Shown: positions 41,588-54,335, counted from the first letter of the stretch. The stretch is 64,000 bases of DNA from Octopus vulgaris (GCA_951406725.2 OX597822.1:35960001-36024000); one strand, 5' to 3'. Program-made: numbers and translations. The notes: generated by a model from the letters alone, not told the origin.

Positions 41588-42048
41588 GCCACGAGTGGCT
41601 GTGTGATAAGTAGCTTGTTTACCAACCACATGGTTCCAGGTTCAGTCCCACTGCTTGGTACCTTGGGCAAGTGTCTTCTACTATAGCCTCTGGCCAACCA
41701 AAGCCTTGTGAGTGGATTTGGTAGACGGAAACTGAAAGAAGCCCGTCGTATATATGTATATATATATATATATATATATCATGCTAGCATGGAGAACGGA
41801 CGTTAAACGATGATGATGATATATATGTGTGTGCGTGTATGTTTGTGTGTCTGTGTTTGTCACCCTAGCATTGCTTGACAACCGATGCTGGTGTGTTTAT
41901 GTCCCTGTGACTTAGTGGTTCAGCAAAAGAGACCGATAGAATAAGTACTGGGCTTACAAAGAATAAGTCCCGGGGTCGAGTTGCTCGATTAAAAAAAAGA
42001 CTGCTCCAGCATGGCTGTAGTCAAATGACTGAAACAAGTAAAAGAGTA
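41588..42048 (+). mobile_element. SINE family A carrying a family B tail in its microsatellite
   Basis: Same head, body and tail. Extra catgctagcatggagaacggacgttaaacgatgatgatgat at ~41780-41820. Confidence 0.88.
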
Positions 42049-42605
42049 AGTCCTGCAGTCTTCTCCTTGACAAAGTGATTAAAAAGTGAAAAAGAACTTG
42101 GCAGAGTACATTTTTCTTTTGAGCTACATCCATTTGAAGGAGTTCAGTTCAGTGCATTTAAGTTAACAAAACGAAGTGCTGCCGTTGCTCCTACTTAGAG
42201 CAGTAAGGTGTTTCTGTTGTACCCATTTGCTGCCAGGTGGACTTAGTCACATGGAAGTTAAGTATCTATGGTCCAAGTGACAGGATATGAAGTAACAGTT
42301 TCTACTGATTCTGCTATCAGTATTCCCATGTGTTTATGAGAAACTAATAATTTATAGAGTCACTAAATTAGACTCATAAAACAACAATGTACAAGGGGCC
42401 TGTCCCAGAAATAATAAGTGGGAGGGGCCTCCAGTCAGAAATTACTCATTGTAAATAATGAACGTGGGTGTGTGTGCTAAATGTATAATTTTCTACTGCT
42501 CTATTAATTTGCAGTTACCATTTATGTTATACTCAACCAAGTTTAGTCTTCACCAGTGTATTAGATTTGTATTAGTAGCTTAGAAGCATTTGATTAAATC
42601 ACATG

Positions 42606-42840
42606 TTGTTGTAGTTTAGCCCTAGGTCAGCTCCAGTTGAGTAGACTTATAGTCAATTGTGTCCCAGCTATGACCATCCTGTCATTTGTGTATGTGTGAG
42701 AGATCAGGGACTATAGTGTCCAACAAGTCTTACCCTTTTGGTTTTTTTTTCTTTTAATGGTAGGATGTGATTGAAGGAAAATTTTAACTGCTATTTCTAA
42801 CAGGTTTGTGCAACCATATAGAAATTCCCACATTGGTTCA
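42606..42840 (-). repeat. Old dispersed repeat family E (probable SINE with (AAC)n tail on the minus strand)
   Basis: Shared blocks gttgtttagccc...attccagc(c/t)atgaccatcc...gctatttcta at ~21015-21260, 31070-31270, 44845-45055, 47960-48160, 48390-48590, 54880-55085, and inverted at ~7480-7770. Confidence 0.6.
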
Positions 42841-43254
42841 TAAAATAGCTAGTGCAGAATGTGTCTGACATTAAAGACAGATAGATAATCAACCAAAACT
42901 AGCATGGAATTATATTTATCCCACAGATCAAAGAAAAACACATGGGTGAAATTGTAGAGTAATTTACTACTTCCCAGGAGGAAGGCTTGTTTTGTTGTTG
43001 TTGTACTTTTTTGTGTGCTCTGGTTTGGAGGAAGGGGTTACGTCTATATCCATTGCAAACTCTCCAAACCTGGGATTAATGCAGTTCCTCTTGAGTAGTT
43101 GCAAATAAAAAGCTGCAAGAAGTAAGTTCCAGAAAGCTGATATTCTTAGAAAGTGACAGATCTCTCTTCTCTCTCTCTCTCTCTCTCATTATATCTAGGG
43201 AACTGTAGAGTGTGCCTGTGTTCTTTGATTACATTCAGCCTCTTACTGTTTTCT

Positions 43255-43694
43255 CTCGGTAGTTGCCGTTGCGAAAGAGGTAGTATGGAAGACGAGAGTG
43301 AAAGGAATTGCAACTGGCATGTTTATCTCCAGTCTCGAGCTAATCGACTTTTTCGTTTTCCCCATGAAACGAAAAATAAGAAGAAATGCCTGTCGCAAAG
43401 TGTGTTTCGTAAAAGATGGAAGTCTATAGCAAGTATGTTGCGAGTGAAAGAACCTGTCTAAACGAGAATATAAAAAAGAGAAAGCAAAGTCTTCAGTGTG
43501 AGTATGTGGTTTGTGGGGTCGACCGTGTCCTCCACTTCATTTTTGTAAATCACTCATTCTCATTTAATTGTATATATTTTAATTGTTTGTTTATTCATAC
43601 GTTTCGTCTCATTCAATACCCTGACCCCAATGTTTGTTTTGTTTGTCCTCGTATCATCCCCTCTTTTTCTCAACCTCATGGTTAATAAAGAAAT
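43255..43694 (+). mobile_element. 3' fragment of an L1/Tx1-clade LINE
   Basis: Reads VAVAKEVVWKTR...(frameshift)...SVFRKRWKSIASMLRVKEPV*, matching the AK..(I/V)W..R / F...W pattern at Tx1/L1 ORF2 C-termini. Followed by ~230 nt UTR ending AATAAAGAAA. Confidence 0.6.
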
Positions 43695-46600
43695 TTACTG
43701 GGAGCTTGATCTAAATTCTTGCAACAGAACAAACTCTACTAAATGTATACGTAGGCTTGGAGAGGGTATTTAACCAGGCTGCATGCTGTATCTAGAAATT
43801 TTTAGGAATATCATCATGCTGGTTTTGTTTTGTTTTGTTATTAAGCAACAAGTATAGGGCAGAAATAATATCCTTAGGCATTTAAAGTGATCTGCATTAG
43901 CAAAAATTATGCTGTGAATTTTAAGTGTCTAGATATTTGTAGTCATGATTAGGTGACAAAATTGATGTTTTGGGGATTGTCTCTTCATCCAAAAGAGAAA
44001 ATAAGATATACTGAAGAAAACAAAAAAAAAGAAAATGTTTGGGGTTTTTTTTCTATCAGACGAAAGGACAGACCTAAAACATCAAATTCATCCTCTCTGC
44101 ATGCCATATAAACTTACCCAAACTCATAAACTTCATATATAAAACAAGTTTGCTTGACCACTTTATTCTATCATGACATCAATCATTTATTTCTTCACAT
44201 TTGGCTGTAAAAACATGTTACCATTTTCACTAACATTGCTCCATGTTCATCCACTGATTGTCAGCATCAAAAATCACTCAGACAATCCTATTTGTTCATC
44301 CAGATATCATTTATTCTCAAAGCGTGTGTGTATTCATTCTTATTTCAAGACAGATCTCATAACATCATCTGAACTTAGTTTCACAATTAGATTTACATTA
44401 CCATTCAGTTATTTAATTAAGAAGTATGCATAGAGCAGGCATAAATTTTCAGATGTTTAAGCTGGAGTTAATCACCACATCATCATCATCATCATCATCA
44501 GAGAGAATAAATACACTATCCCTCTTACTTGGAACTTAATAAAATATTTAAAGAAAAAAAAAGATACTGTGTTTCATTTCATATTTCAAAATCCACTGCT
44601 TAACATTTCTTCCTGTCATTGTACCAATTTCACCAATATGTGCATCATAAGCCATTCCCTTCCCCATCTTCAATGTACAGGGAATCTTTTTGCCATTGTA
44701 GTGGTGGGGTGGATCTTGTAGCTCATTGACCAATCATAAATATCATTGACAGTTTTGACTTCATGTAGGATATTTAGGGCAACAGAGCCTGACAGCGCCC
44801 ACCTTTATCTTGCTACTTCCAGAAAGTGAAATGTACTTAGTAATGTTGTTGTTATTTAGCCCCAGGTCAACTTGACTGAGCATATATGGTCATGATCATT
44901 CCAGTTATGACCATCACCTGTTTTATTAATCCATATTGATACCTATTTGTCCTTTTTTTCTTTTTTTTTTTAAAGGTGGCGGGGCATAATTTAGGGGAGA
45001 TTTGGCTACTAATTCTAGCAGGTCAAACAACAGCATAGAGGCCTCCATGTTGGTTCATGCAGTGTACTCTGTAATTTTGATAGAATATTTAATTTCTTTA
45101 ATCAAACAAGGCCCATTAGCTGCTTTCAGAAAACGAGTTAGGAGAAAGAGGAGAAGCAGTAATGCCACAGAAAGTCTAGATATCCATGCATATTCAAGGT
45201 AGCAAATAAAAGATGGTAATGAAATAATTCACAAAAAAATTTAATGAAATGCATTGAAATGATAAAAGAAGAGATAGTGATAAAATATAGTCAATGTGAT
45301 GGCAATAAAGGGGCTAACAGAAGGAAATAAAATGGTAATAAAAGAATATTAAAATGAAGGAAACTGCCAACATTCGGCAAGGTATTTGTGAAGCTTGAAT
45401 TTAAAGAGACCAATGTGATATTCTGCAGAAAAATAATCTTTTCTACTCTAGGCACAAGGCTCAAAATTTGCCGGGGGGGAGCCAGTTGATTAGATCAACC
45501 GCAGTACGCAAATGGTACTTAATTTATCGACACCAAAAGGATGAAAGGCAAAGTCAACCTTGGCGGAATTTGAACTTGGAACATAAAGAGAGACGAAATA
45601 TCGCTAACCATTTCACCCGGCTCGCTGCCTTATTCTGCAGTAAAAAAAAAAATGGAGAGAGAGTCTATTCCACAATTCAACTGTTCTAAGGGGAAAATGC
45701 TTTGTTCATGGAACTTGCAGCATGTCTGATTCTTTGATCTTACTGAGTTATTAGCATATGCTAGACTTCTCTAAATTTTCTGCAAATATATTGATACAAT
45801 CTTTCTATATGCAACAAAACTTCAAAGCATTGTTATACAGAGAAATATTTTTATATCAGTGCCTGTATGGCTGTGGTGTGAAGCAACTTCATTGCTGTAG
45901 GTTCTATTCTGCTGTGTGGAACCTTGAGCAATGAGTACCTTGTACAGTGCCCCATGGTTTGTCCAGTGGCTTAAGAGAGGAATTTTGGTAGACACAAACT
46001 GTGCAGATACTAGTCATTGTATCGTGGCCATGCTGGTGCACCACCTTGAAAGGTTTATGGTCAAACAAATCAACCCCAGTACTTTTTCTTTATAGTCTGG
46101 TACTTATTGGTCTCTTTTTGCAGAATCACTGAGTTACAGGGATGTAAACAAACCAACACCAGTAGTTAATTGGAGGTGGGGGACAGACATACCCACATAT
46201 ATATATGTGATGGGCTTCTTTCAGTTTCCATCTACCAAATCCACTCACAAGGAATTGGTTGGCTTAGGGTTATAGTAGAAGACACCCAAGGTGCCATGTG
46301 CTTTGGAAGCAAACTTCTTACTACACAGCCACATCATTAGGGTCCTACGTCTTTTGACAAACCTTACAAGCAAAGTTGCATATTTTCACATCCGTATGCT
46401 GGAATGAGGTAATGGAAATTGTAGTTATGATACCCATGCTGGTGGTACATAAAAAGCACCATCCGAACATAGCTGATGCCAGCACCGCCTGACTGGCTTC
46501 CGTGTTGGTGACACATAAAAAGCACCATTCGATCATGGCCGTTTGCCAGTCTCCTTTGGCCCCTGTGCCGGTGGCACGTAAAAAGCACCCACTACACTCA

Positions 46601-48998
46601 CGGAGTGGTGGGCATTAGGAAGGGCATCCAGCTGTAGAAACACTGCCAGATCAGATTGGAGCCTGGCGCAGCCTCCTGGCTTCCCAGACCCCAGTCAAAC
46701 CGTCCAACCCATGCTAGCATGGAAAACAGACATTAAACGATGATGATGATGATGTTTGCACTCAGCTGATTTGGCACAACTGATTGGACATTCAGCCTGT
46801 TTTGGCAACAATATTTTTGTGATGCTGGAGGCAAACACACAAATGCAAAAATATTAAAATAGAAAGAGAGACGCTGCAATTTATTAATTGAACATAATTA
46901 ATGTAAGCACTCTCCTTCTCCTCATACACATGAGGTGAAATATGCTCACACACATAAAGCAAAAGAAAGCGATGGAGGGAGGAAGGGAAAGAGCAAGAGA
47001 AATATTAAAACGTCCCATGATATAGAAGGAAACATTGAAACGTCTGATGTCAAAAATGTCAGCATCGAATCAGCACTACCAAATAAATGGCACCAAAACA
47101 GTTGTTTCAAAACATCTCATATCTTCAGTGTACAGTTCATCAAGCTGAGTGAAACCGTAGTCGTGGTCATTGCCAGTGTCACATCCATGAAATCATTGTC
47201 ATGGCCAATGCCGGTGTCATGTAAATGGCACCCATTACACTCTTGGAGTGGTTGGCGTTGGGAAGGGCATCCAACCATAGAAACCAAGCCAAATCAGACT
47301 TGAATCTGGTGCAGGTCTCTGGTTTACCACTTAGTCAACCCATGCCAGCATGGAAAGCAGATGTTAAATGAAGATATATATATACACACGCAGATGTCTG
47401 TGTATATACATCTTTTAATGATGTGCATCAGTCTGAAAACAAAGCAAAACGAGGACTATGCTTTGCGATTAATTACAAGAGTTCAATGTTCTAGAGTGAT
47501 GACACTAGCCAGTTACTCTTTCATGAATGCTGCCTAACCATTAAGATATTAAATTACTTCACTGCCACATACACACCCTTTAAGCAAGCATACCAGGAGG
47601 GCCACCTTGCTTCAATTTCTCTTGTCTACAGTAGCTATTGCTGCTAAAATAACATTTCATTTGTCTCATAGTTATTGCACTTTTCTCAACATGTTCAGCA
47701 GTATGTTACCTGTAAATATCTGTTCTTGAATTCTATCAGAGCCACTCCACAAAACAAAGAAAGCTAACAAGAAAATCATGCAATTTTTTGTAAACCAAGA
47801 AATGGTCTTGGAAACTTCTTCTTTGTACTCTTATTGTTAAGAGTACATATGAAGTCTAAATATGCTCTTAGATGTAAAAACTACTGTTTTTACATTTAAT
47901 GCTTTACATATCTCACTTAGTTTCACATTCTAAGCCTTTCTTGAATAGCTGTTAAAGCACTGTTGTTTATTGTTCTTTAAACCCTCGTCATACCAACCTC
48001 TGATTAAAGGCATTCCAGTAATGACCATCATGTCTTCACTTTAGATATTATGTTTCTAAGCCTACATTATCCAATGTCTCCTTCCTTTTTTAAAAAAAAC
48101 AATAGGATGTAACTATCAGGGATTTTTGGTTGCTTTTTCCAACCAGTCGAATAACTGGTTCAAATGACCAATCGAAATACAGTTGCTTAGCAATGTGTCT
48201 TTACCTTCTCATTAATATTCTTTTACATTATCGGTTTGTGCCATGTAACTGAAATTTATTACACTGTCGCTAGCAAGCCAGTAGCAGGACCTTTAGATAG
48301 TCGCTTGTCCTGCTAGAAATAGCTACCAAATTTCCATCAAATTGCACTGCCAGCTTAAGGAAAATGATGCTGTAGATGATGTTTCATCCCAAATCAACCC
48401 TGATTGAATACTTATTAAAAACATTCCAGCCATGATCCCTCTGCCTGTTTATATATGAGTAAAAGACCCAGAACTGCATTCTCCAATGTGTCCTTTCTCT
48501 TTTCCTTTAAAAGATTGTTGGATGTGAATTGAGGAAGATTGTGTGCTACTACTTGTAGTAGGTCTAGTGATATGCAGAGATTCTTTTGTTTTGTTTTGCT
48601 TTGAATGATCTGGATCTGAGCAGACTGTCTGAGAAAAAGGACATGACAGTCACAGCTTGAATGCCATTGATCATAAATGCCTTATCAAAGCTGCTCTCGG
48701 ATAAATAACAACAACAGCAACATTATTTTATACCCATTTTGCATGCTTGCACAGGTTGGACAGGTCATCACAGTCTGTGTTGGTTCTTAATTAGAGTTAC
48801 TGCCCTCCTAGATAGGTTACAAAATCATACTTCCTCATATATTCGTTTTTTGACAGTTTTTGTTTTGATGTCCTTCCTCGACCACATTACCGGGTGTTCT
48901 GGGTTCATGTTATCATTGTACTAGCAGTAGATAGATTTGTGTCTTCTGCAGGACATAGGAGTCCTCTTGATCTCATTGTCTCTGCTCATTCTCTAGAT

Positions 48999-49240
48999 CA
49001 GTGGTTCTCAACTTTTTTTTGTTTTTTTTTTTTGCCTATGGACCCCTTTGGCTTCCATTTCACTCAGGTAGACTCTCATAGATATTCAATGATTTAGAAA
49101 AATCCGAATATACTTTAAATAATTAAATGTTAATAACTGTATTTAAAAAATTGTTAAAATATTTTGTTTATTTTTAAAATAATATCCAGTTTATTGCACA
49201 TTTAACAAAATCTTATACGGACCCCAGTTGAAAACCACTG
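48999..49240. mobile_element. hAT MITE with related termini
   Basis: Ends CAGTGGTTCTCAAC / GTTGAAAACCACTG. TSD CTCTAGAT/CTGTAGGT (2 mismatches). Confidence 0.72.
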
Positions 49241-49495
49241 CTGTAGGTCTATGTAATAATAATAATAATCTTTTCTACTAAAGGCATAAGGTTTGAAATT
49301 TTGTAGGGAGGGGACTAGTTGATTACATCAACCCCAGTGTTTATTGACCCTGAAAAGATGAAAGTCAAAGTCAACCTCAGCAGAATTTTAACTCAGAATG
49401 TGATGATGGGTAAAATACCACTAAACATTTTGTCCAGCGTGCTAACGATTCTGCCAGCTTCCTGCCTTAATAGTAGTAATAATAATAATAATAAA

Positions 49496-49712
49496 GTACA
49501 TGGAACAAATAGAGGCTGCAATAAGGAGGACAGGAAACATATAGGGGCTGCAATAAGGGTGAAGCACTTGCAGAAAACAGCACTGTTTGGAACTGCTCAA
49601 ATACTCCAGATGGTGCTTGGAAAATAAGGGGTGTTACCTTAGTTCACTGGTAGTGAACAGATGACACAGTAGTTAGTACAGCTCCAGCGTTAGAAGCTGT
49701 GCAAAGACAATA
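49496..49712 (+). mobile_element. 3' fragment of a Dong/R4-like non-LTR retrotransposon
   Basis: Encodes HLQKTALFGTAQILQMVLGK*, similar to the LQK..LLGTA.ILR.VL end of R4/Dong ORFs. Flanked by (TAA)n on both sides. Confidence 0.7.
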
Positions 49713-50240
49713 AAATAATGATAATAATCTTTTCTGCTATAGATACAAGGCCTGAAATTTGGGAGACGGGGATAGTCGATTACATCGACCCCAGTACTCA
49801 ACTGGTACTTAATTTATCAATCCCGAAAGGATGAAAGGCAAAGTTAACCTAGCACAGACATAGCAGCAGACAAAATACTGCTAAGCATTTCGCCTGGCAT
49901 GCTAACAATTCTGTGAGCTCACTAATAGTAATAATAATTATTATTATTATTAATAATTTCTAATATAGGCACAAGGTCAGAAATTTGGAGAGTTGGTTGA
50001 TTAAATTAACTCCAATATTTATTTTATTGCCATATACAAAATTATTTAAAATGAAAAATAAAAATAAAATTACATGCTTTCATGGTAACAGTTTTTTTTA
50101 TTTTGTTTTGTGTGTGTGGGGGGGGGGGGGTCTTTTGTGACTGTTTTTTTTTTCCTCCCCCCAAATCTTGAGAAAATAAAATAAACATGACTTAATCTGT
50201 TTGGTGTTTGTTGAAACATTCTTTGATATTTGTATTTTAG

Positions 50241-50331
50241 AGACACCAGCAGTGATGAAGATGATGTTCCTGCCCAAAAAGAAGGCCTCTTGAGGGCTCC
50301 CATGGCAAGTCAAAGCATGGACAATCTCTAT
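50241..50331 (+). CDS. Coding exon 5 (KDTSSDEDDVPAQKEGLLRAPMASQSMDNLY)
   Basis: Acceptor tgtattttag|A GAC ACC completes AA+A=Lys. 91 nt. Donor CTAT|GTCAGT, phase 0 (an in-phase GC donor is also possible at 50304/50305). Confidence 0.75.
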
Positions 50332-50700
50332 GTCAGTATCTCCTCTTTCTCTCTCTCTCTCTCTCCCATTTATTTGTAACTGTAAACTAGATAGTGTGGT
50401 TAAGAAGTTTTCTTCACAACCACAAAGCTTTGAGTTTGGTCCTACTGCATGGCACCTTGTGTAAGTGTCTACTACTGAAACTCTGGGCTATAATAGAAGA
50501 GCTTCTTGTGTAGGAATTTGATAGAAACTGCAGGAAGCCCATCTTTGTGTGTACATGAGCATATGTGCTTCAGTGTTATTCTATGCTTGTGACTGTTGAG
50601 CAAGCCAGTGATGTTGACATTCCTTGTTGATATTAGAACCATATACTTGGCCATTTCAAAAACCTCTGGAGCAAAAAAAAAAATAAATAAAATAAACAGG

Positions 50701-51256
50701 TATTGCTTATGCCCACTTTAAGGTGTTTGTCCTCTAAGAGGCAACAATACTGTCATTTAACCCCAGGAATGCATCTCCTCCAGCTGGTTTATTCAGTGTG
50801 CAGGGGTTAAATGGCAGTATTATCATCTGTTAGAGGACAGCCACATTAAAGTGGCCATAAGCAACACTTTTTGGTTTGTATACTGCTTCTATCGTAAACA
50901 GATTTTCTAACATACTAGTTGCCTAGTTAAAAAAAATTAGTGACGGTATGACACTGTTTTCTATATATCGCAAGTAAGGTTAAATTGCTGTTATGCCTGG
51001 CGAACAAGTATCCATCACTGAGGAGATCCAGTACAAATCGAAACCACATGGTCTGATGGTCTTGAAGTCAGAGTGACAGGAGTTATCTCCCACTTGCAAT
51101 GTCGGGTGCAAGAAGTGCACTGATTAAACCTACCGGAGATGTCTTCCTGGGGTTAAATGGCAGTATCATCGTCTCTTAGAGGACAGCCACATTAGATTGG
51201 CCATAAGCAATACTTTTTGGTTCATATATTGCTTCTATCTGAAGCAGATGTTCTAA
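50701..51256 (+). mobile_element. Retrozyme/Penelope-pLTR-like non-coding element: inverted segment + 346-bp unit with hammerhead + partial tandem copy
   Basis: 50803-50910 is directly repeated at 51149-51256 (offset 346; about 13 mismatches in 108 nt by eye). 50701-50801 is the reverse complement of ~51115-51212. The hammerhead lies in the unique middle. Confidence 0.7.
51005..51064 (+). ncRNA. Type I hammerhead ribozyme, all core nucleotides intact
   Basis: Stem I CCATCA(51012-17)/TGATGG(51054-59). Core CTGAGGA (51018-24). Stem II GAT/ATC with 9-nt loop. GAAA (51040-43). Stem III ACC/GGT with ACAT loop. GUC cleavage triplet ends at 51053. Distal stem I extension CAAG(51005-08)/CTTG(51061-64) beyond a small internal loop. 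Confidence 0.88.
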
Positions 51257-51407
51257 ATTCTTAGCTCAAATAACTCTGTCCAGTCCCTGGAAAAAATGCT
51301 AAATGAACAAACAAGCATAAAAATCATGAACAACAAACAAAAAAAAAAGAACTCAATTACAAATGCGGAGTCAAATATTTTTGTTATTTTTATTGACAGT
51401 AACTTAA

Positions 51408-51627
51408 CTCTTTAGTAATTAAACCAGCCATATTCAGCATGAGTATTCTATCTGTCTTATGCTCAAACTGACCATATCCTGCCTCTCACACATAACCTAA
51501 AATGTCATTCTAAAAGTAAACAATCACCTCATTGAAATCTTGAAGCCAGAAGATAATGAATGGTTAATTCTAAATAATGCGAATAAATATGCATTACATT
51601 TGACAGAATAATTTGAATGGTAAAGGG
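51408..51627. mobile_element. piggyBac-like MITE family B (~220 bp)
   Basis: TTAA-flanked, ends TAAAGGG|TTAA. Homologous copies at 53862-54066, 57019-57237, 58955-59127 share the ctctcacacctaccctacaatgtc and tgacagaataatctgaatgctaaa blocks. Confidence 0.72.
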
Positions 51628-52221
51628 TTAAGAGTTTCAAGTCGTTGACCTCGTCAATCTGAGAATGCCAATTACTTGTGAAACTTAGATATTACTGTCA
51701 TTAAAATTATTAAAGATGTGTGGGTGTGTATGTTTATATGTTAGTTTCAGCGAGACAGACATTACATGCCTGAACTGCAGATTATTTGGACTACACACGT
51801 CAGTACCAATAGGTGCAGTCTTTTGAAAGACCAGTAGAGCAAGATTACAGTTTGACTATGTCATCCCTGCATTTCACATAAATTAACATATATAATAAGC
51901 CTCTATTCATTTCTAACATAAAGTTGTATTTGTGCAAATAAATTTTTGTACAACATAAACAAAAGCTATATATATATATATATATATATTATATTAAATT
52001 AGAGACAAAACCACTATTAGGCAAATCAAACAATGAAAAACTTAATCCAATACATAATATTATTTAATTTATATTATTTAAATATATAACAAAATTATTA
52101 AAAAAATATAATTAATATCACACTACGATCGTTTCATGCCTGCTAACATCTTCAAATTTTTGAGTCGCAGTCATTCATCTGATTTTTCCCTGTAAGTTTG
52201 GATTTATTCCTATTATATTAT

Positions 52222-52265
<44 letters not shown>

Positions 52266-53071
52266 CTTTTGAAACATTGCCAGATCAGGTTGGAGCCTGG
52301 TGCAGCCGCTGGCTTTCCACTGTCCAACCCATGCCAGCATGGAAAACAGACGTTAAACGATGATGATGATGATTTTATATATATGTATGTATGTATATAT
52401 AAATGTTTGTGTGTGTGCATACACATACACACACACAAAGGTGCAGGCATGGCTGTGTAGTTAAGTAGTTCACTTCTCAACCCCATTATTTCGAGTTAAG
52501 TCCTACTGCATGGCACCTTGGGCAAGTGTCTTCTACTGTCGCCCTAGACTGACCGATGCCTTGTGAATAAATTTGGTTAATGGAAACTATGAAGCCCATC
52601 GTATGCATATGTACATGTGTGCATGCACATATGTGTGTTTGTATGAGAGTTTTCATTCTGGGCTTCATATGGAAAAGTACTGAGTAAGAAATAGCAAAGT
52701 CTGTTGTCGATCACTCTCAAGAAATTGTCTGTGATTTGAAAGACTTGAAATATAAATTCCTTTTAAAAAATAGTTAAGGGTTCACATGGAAAAACGGGTG
52801 TAAAACAAAGGAACATTCAGACAATGTCATTCAGTTGTTGGACAGTGTCCAAGAATTTTAATCAATTATATCAATAGCTAGCATTTATCAAATGTCTAAG
52901 ATAAACGTTGGCATTAGGAAGGGCATCCAGTCATAGAAAACATGACGAGGCTGATAATGGAGCCTGGTGCAGCTCCCAACCTAACCAGCTTCAGTCAAAC
53001 TGTCTAACCCATGCCAGTATGGAAAGTAGACATTAAATGATGGTGATATATGCATATATCTGACAAACATA

Positions 53072-53461
53072 GGCGTAGGAGTGGCTGTGTGGTAAGTATC
53101 TTGCTTACAAACCACATGCGTTGCTCCTTGGGCAAGTGTCTTCTACTATAGCCTTGGGCCGACCAAAGACTTGTGAGTGGATTTGGTAGACGGAAACTGA
53201 AAGAAGACCGTCGTATATATGTATATGTGTATATATATGTGTGTACCCGTGCTAGCGCGGAAAACGGACGTTAAACGATGATGATGATGTTTGTGTGTGT
53301 GTCCCCAACATCACTTGACAACCGATGCTGGTGTGTTTACGTCCCCGTAACTTAGCGGTTCGGCAAAAGAGACCGATAGAATAAGTCCTGGGGTCAATTT
53401 GCTTGACTAAAAGCGGTGCTCCAGTATGTCCACAGTCAATGACTGAAACCAGTAAAAGAGT
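53072..53461 (+). mobile_element. SINE family A with TSD AAACAT
   Basis: ggcgtaggagtggctgtgtgg head. AAACAT at 53065-70 and 53462-67. Family B tail inside at ~53250-53290. Confidence 0.88.
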
Positions 53462-54335
53462 AAACATCCATACTGTTTGTGTTTGCTAGTTTCATTTACA
53501 AGGCTTTGGACAACCCATGCTTATAGTTTTAGCCACTTTGCCTAAGTTACTTTGTAATGGAGTCAAACTTAGAACTGCATACTTACAAAGTAAACTTTTT
53601 TAACTGTGTAACTATACACTCACACACATACATATATAGGCATCCCCTGTGTTACTGAAAGATTGCTGTCCTGAAATCTTAACATAACTTGGAATTCCAT
53701 AATGCTATACATTTTTTACCATTGTTACTTGGAAATCAATGAGCATGGTGGCAGATGTTCATCATTTGACACTGAAGATTCAGTTATCTGATCAACTGTA
53801 TGACCTACTCGCACAATAACATGTAATTGATTGAACACTCCACAGACACATGTACTGTTAACCTTTTAGCATTTAATCTGGCTTATCTAGTCCAAACATC
53901 CTACATGTTTTAAGTTCAGACCCAGCTTCTCACACCTACTCTACAATGTCGCTTCTAAAAATAAGCAATCACATCATTGAAATCTTGAAGCTATTAAATA
54001 AAGCATGATTTATTTAAAACAATAGATAAGCATCACATTTTACAGAATAACCTGAATGCTAAATGTTTAACATTTATATCTTAACAGAGCAAGTGAGACA
54101 CAGTTTGTGACAAGGTTTTACCCTTGGATCACAGGCACAATCCATCCAATGGGCTTCTATACAGTTTTCATCAACTCAGTTTTGCTCATAAAGCATGGGG
54201 TGGCCTTGGGCTATACAAAATGACAATTGTCCAAGATGCCCTGCATACATACATACTCGCATATATGTACATTGTCACTCATAAAATCTGGAAAATTCAC
54301 AGCAAAACTGGCAAGACTCCAGTATACTCTCTCTG

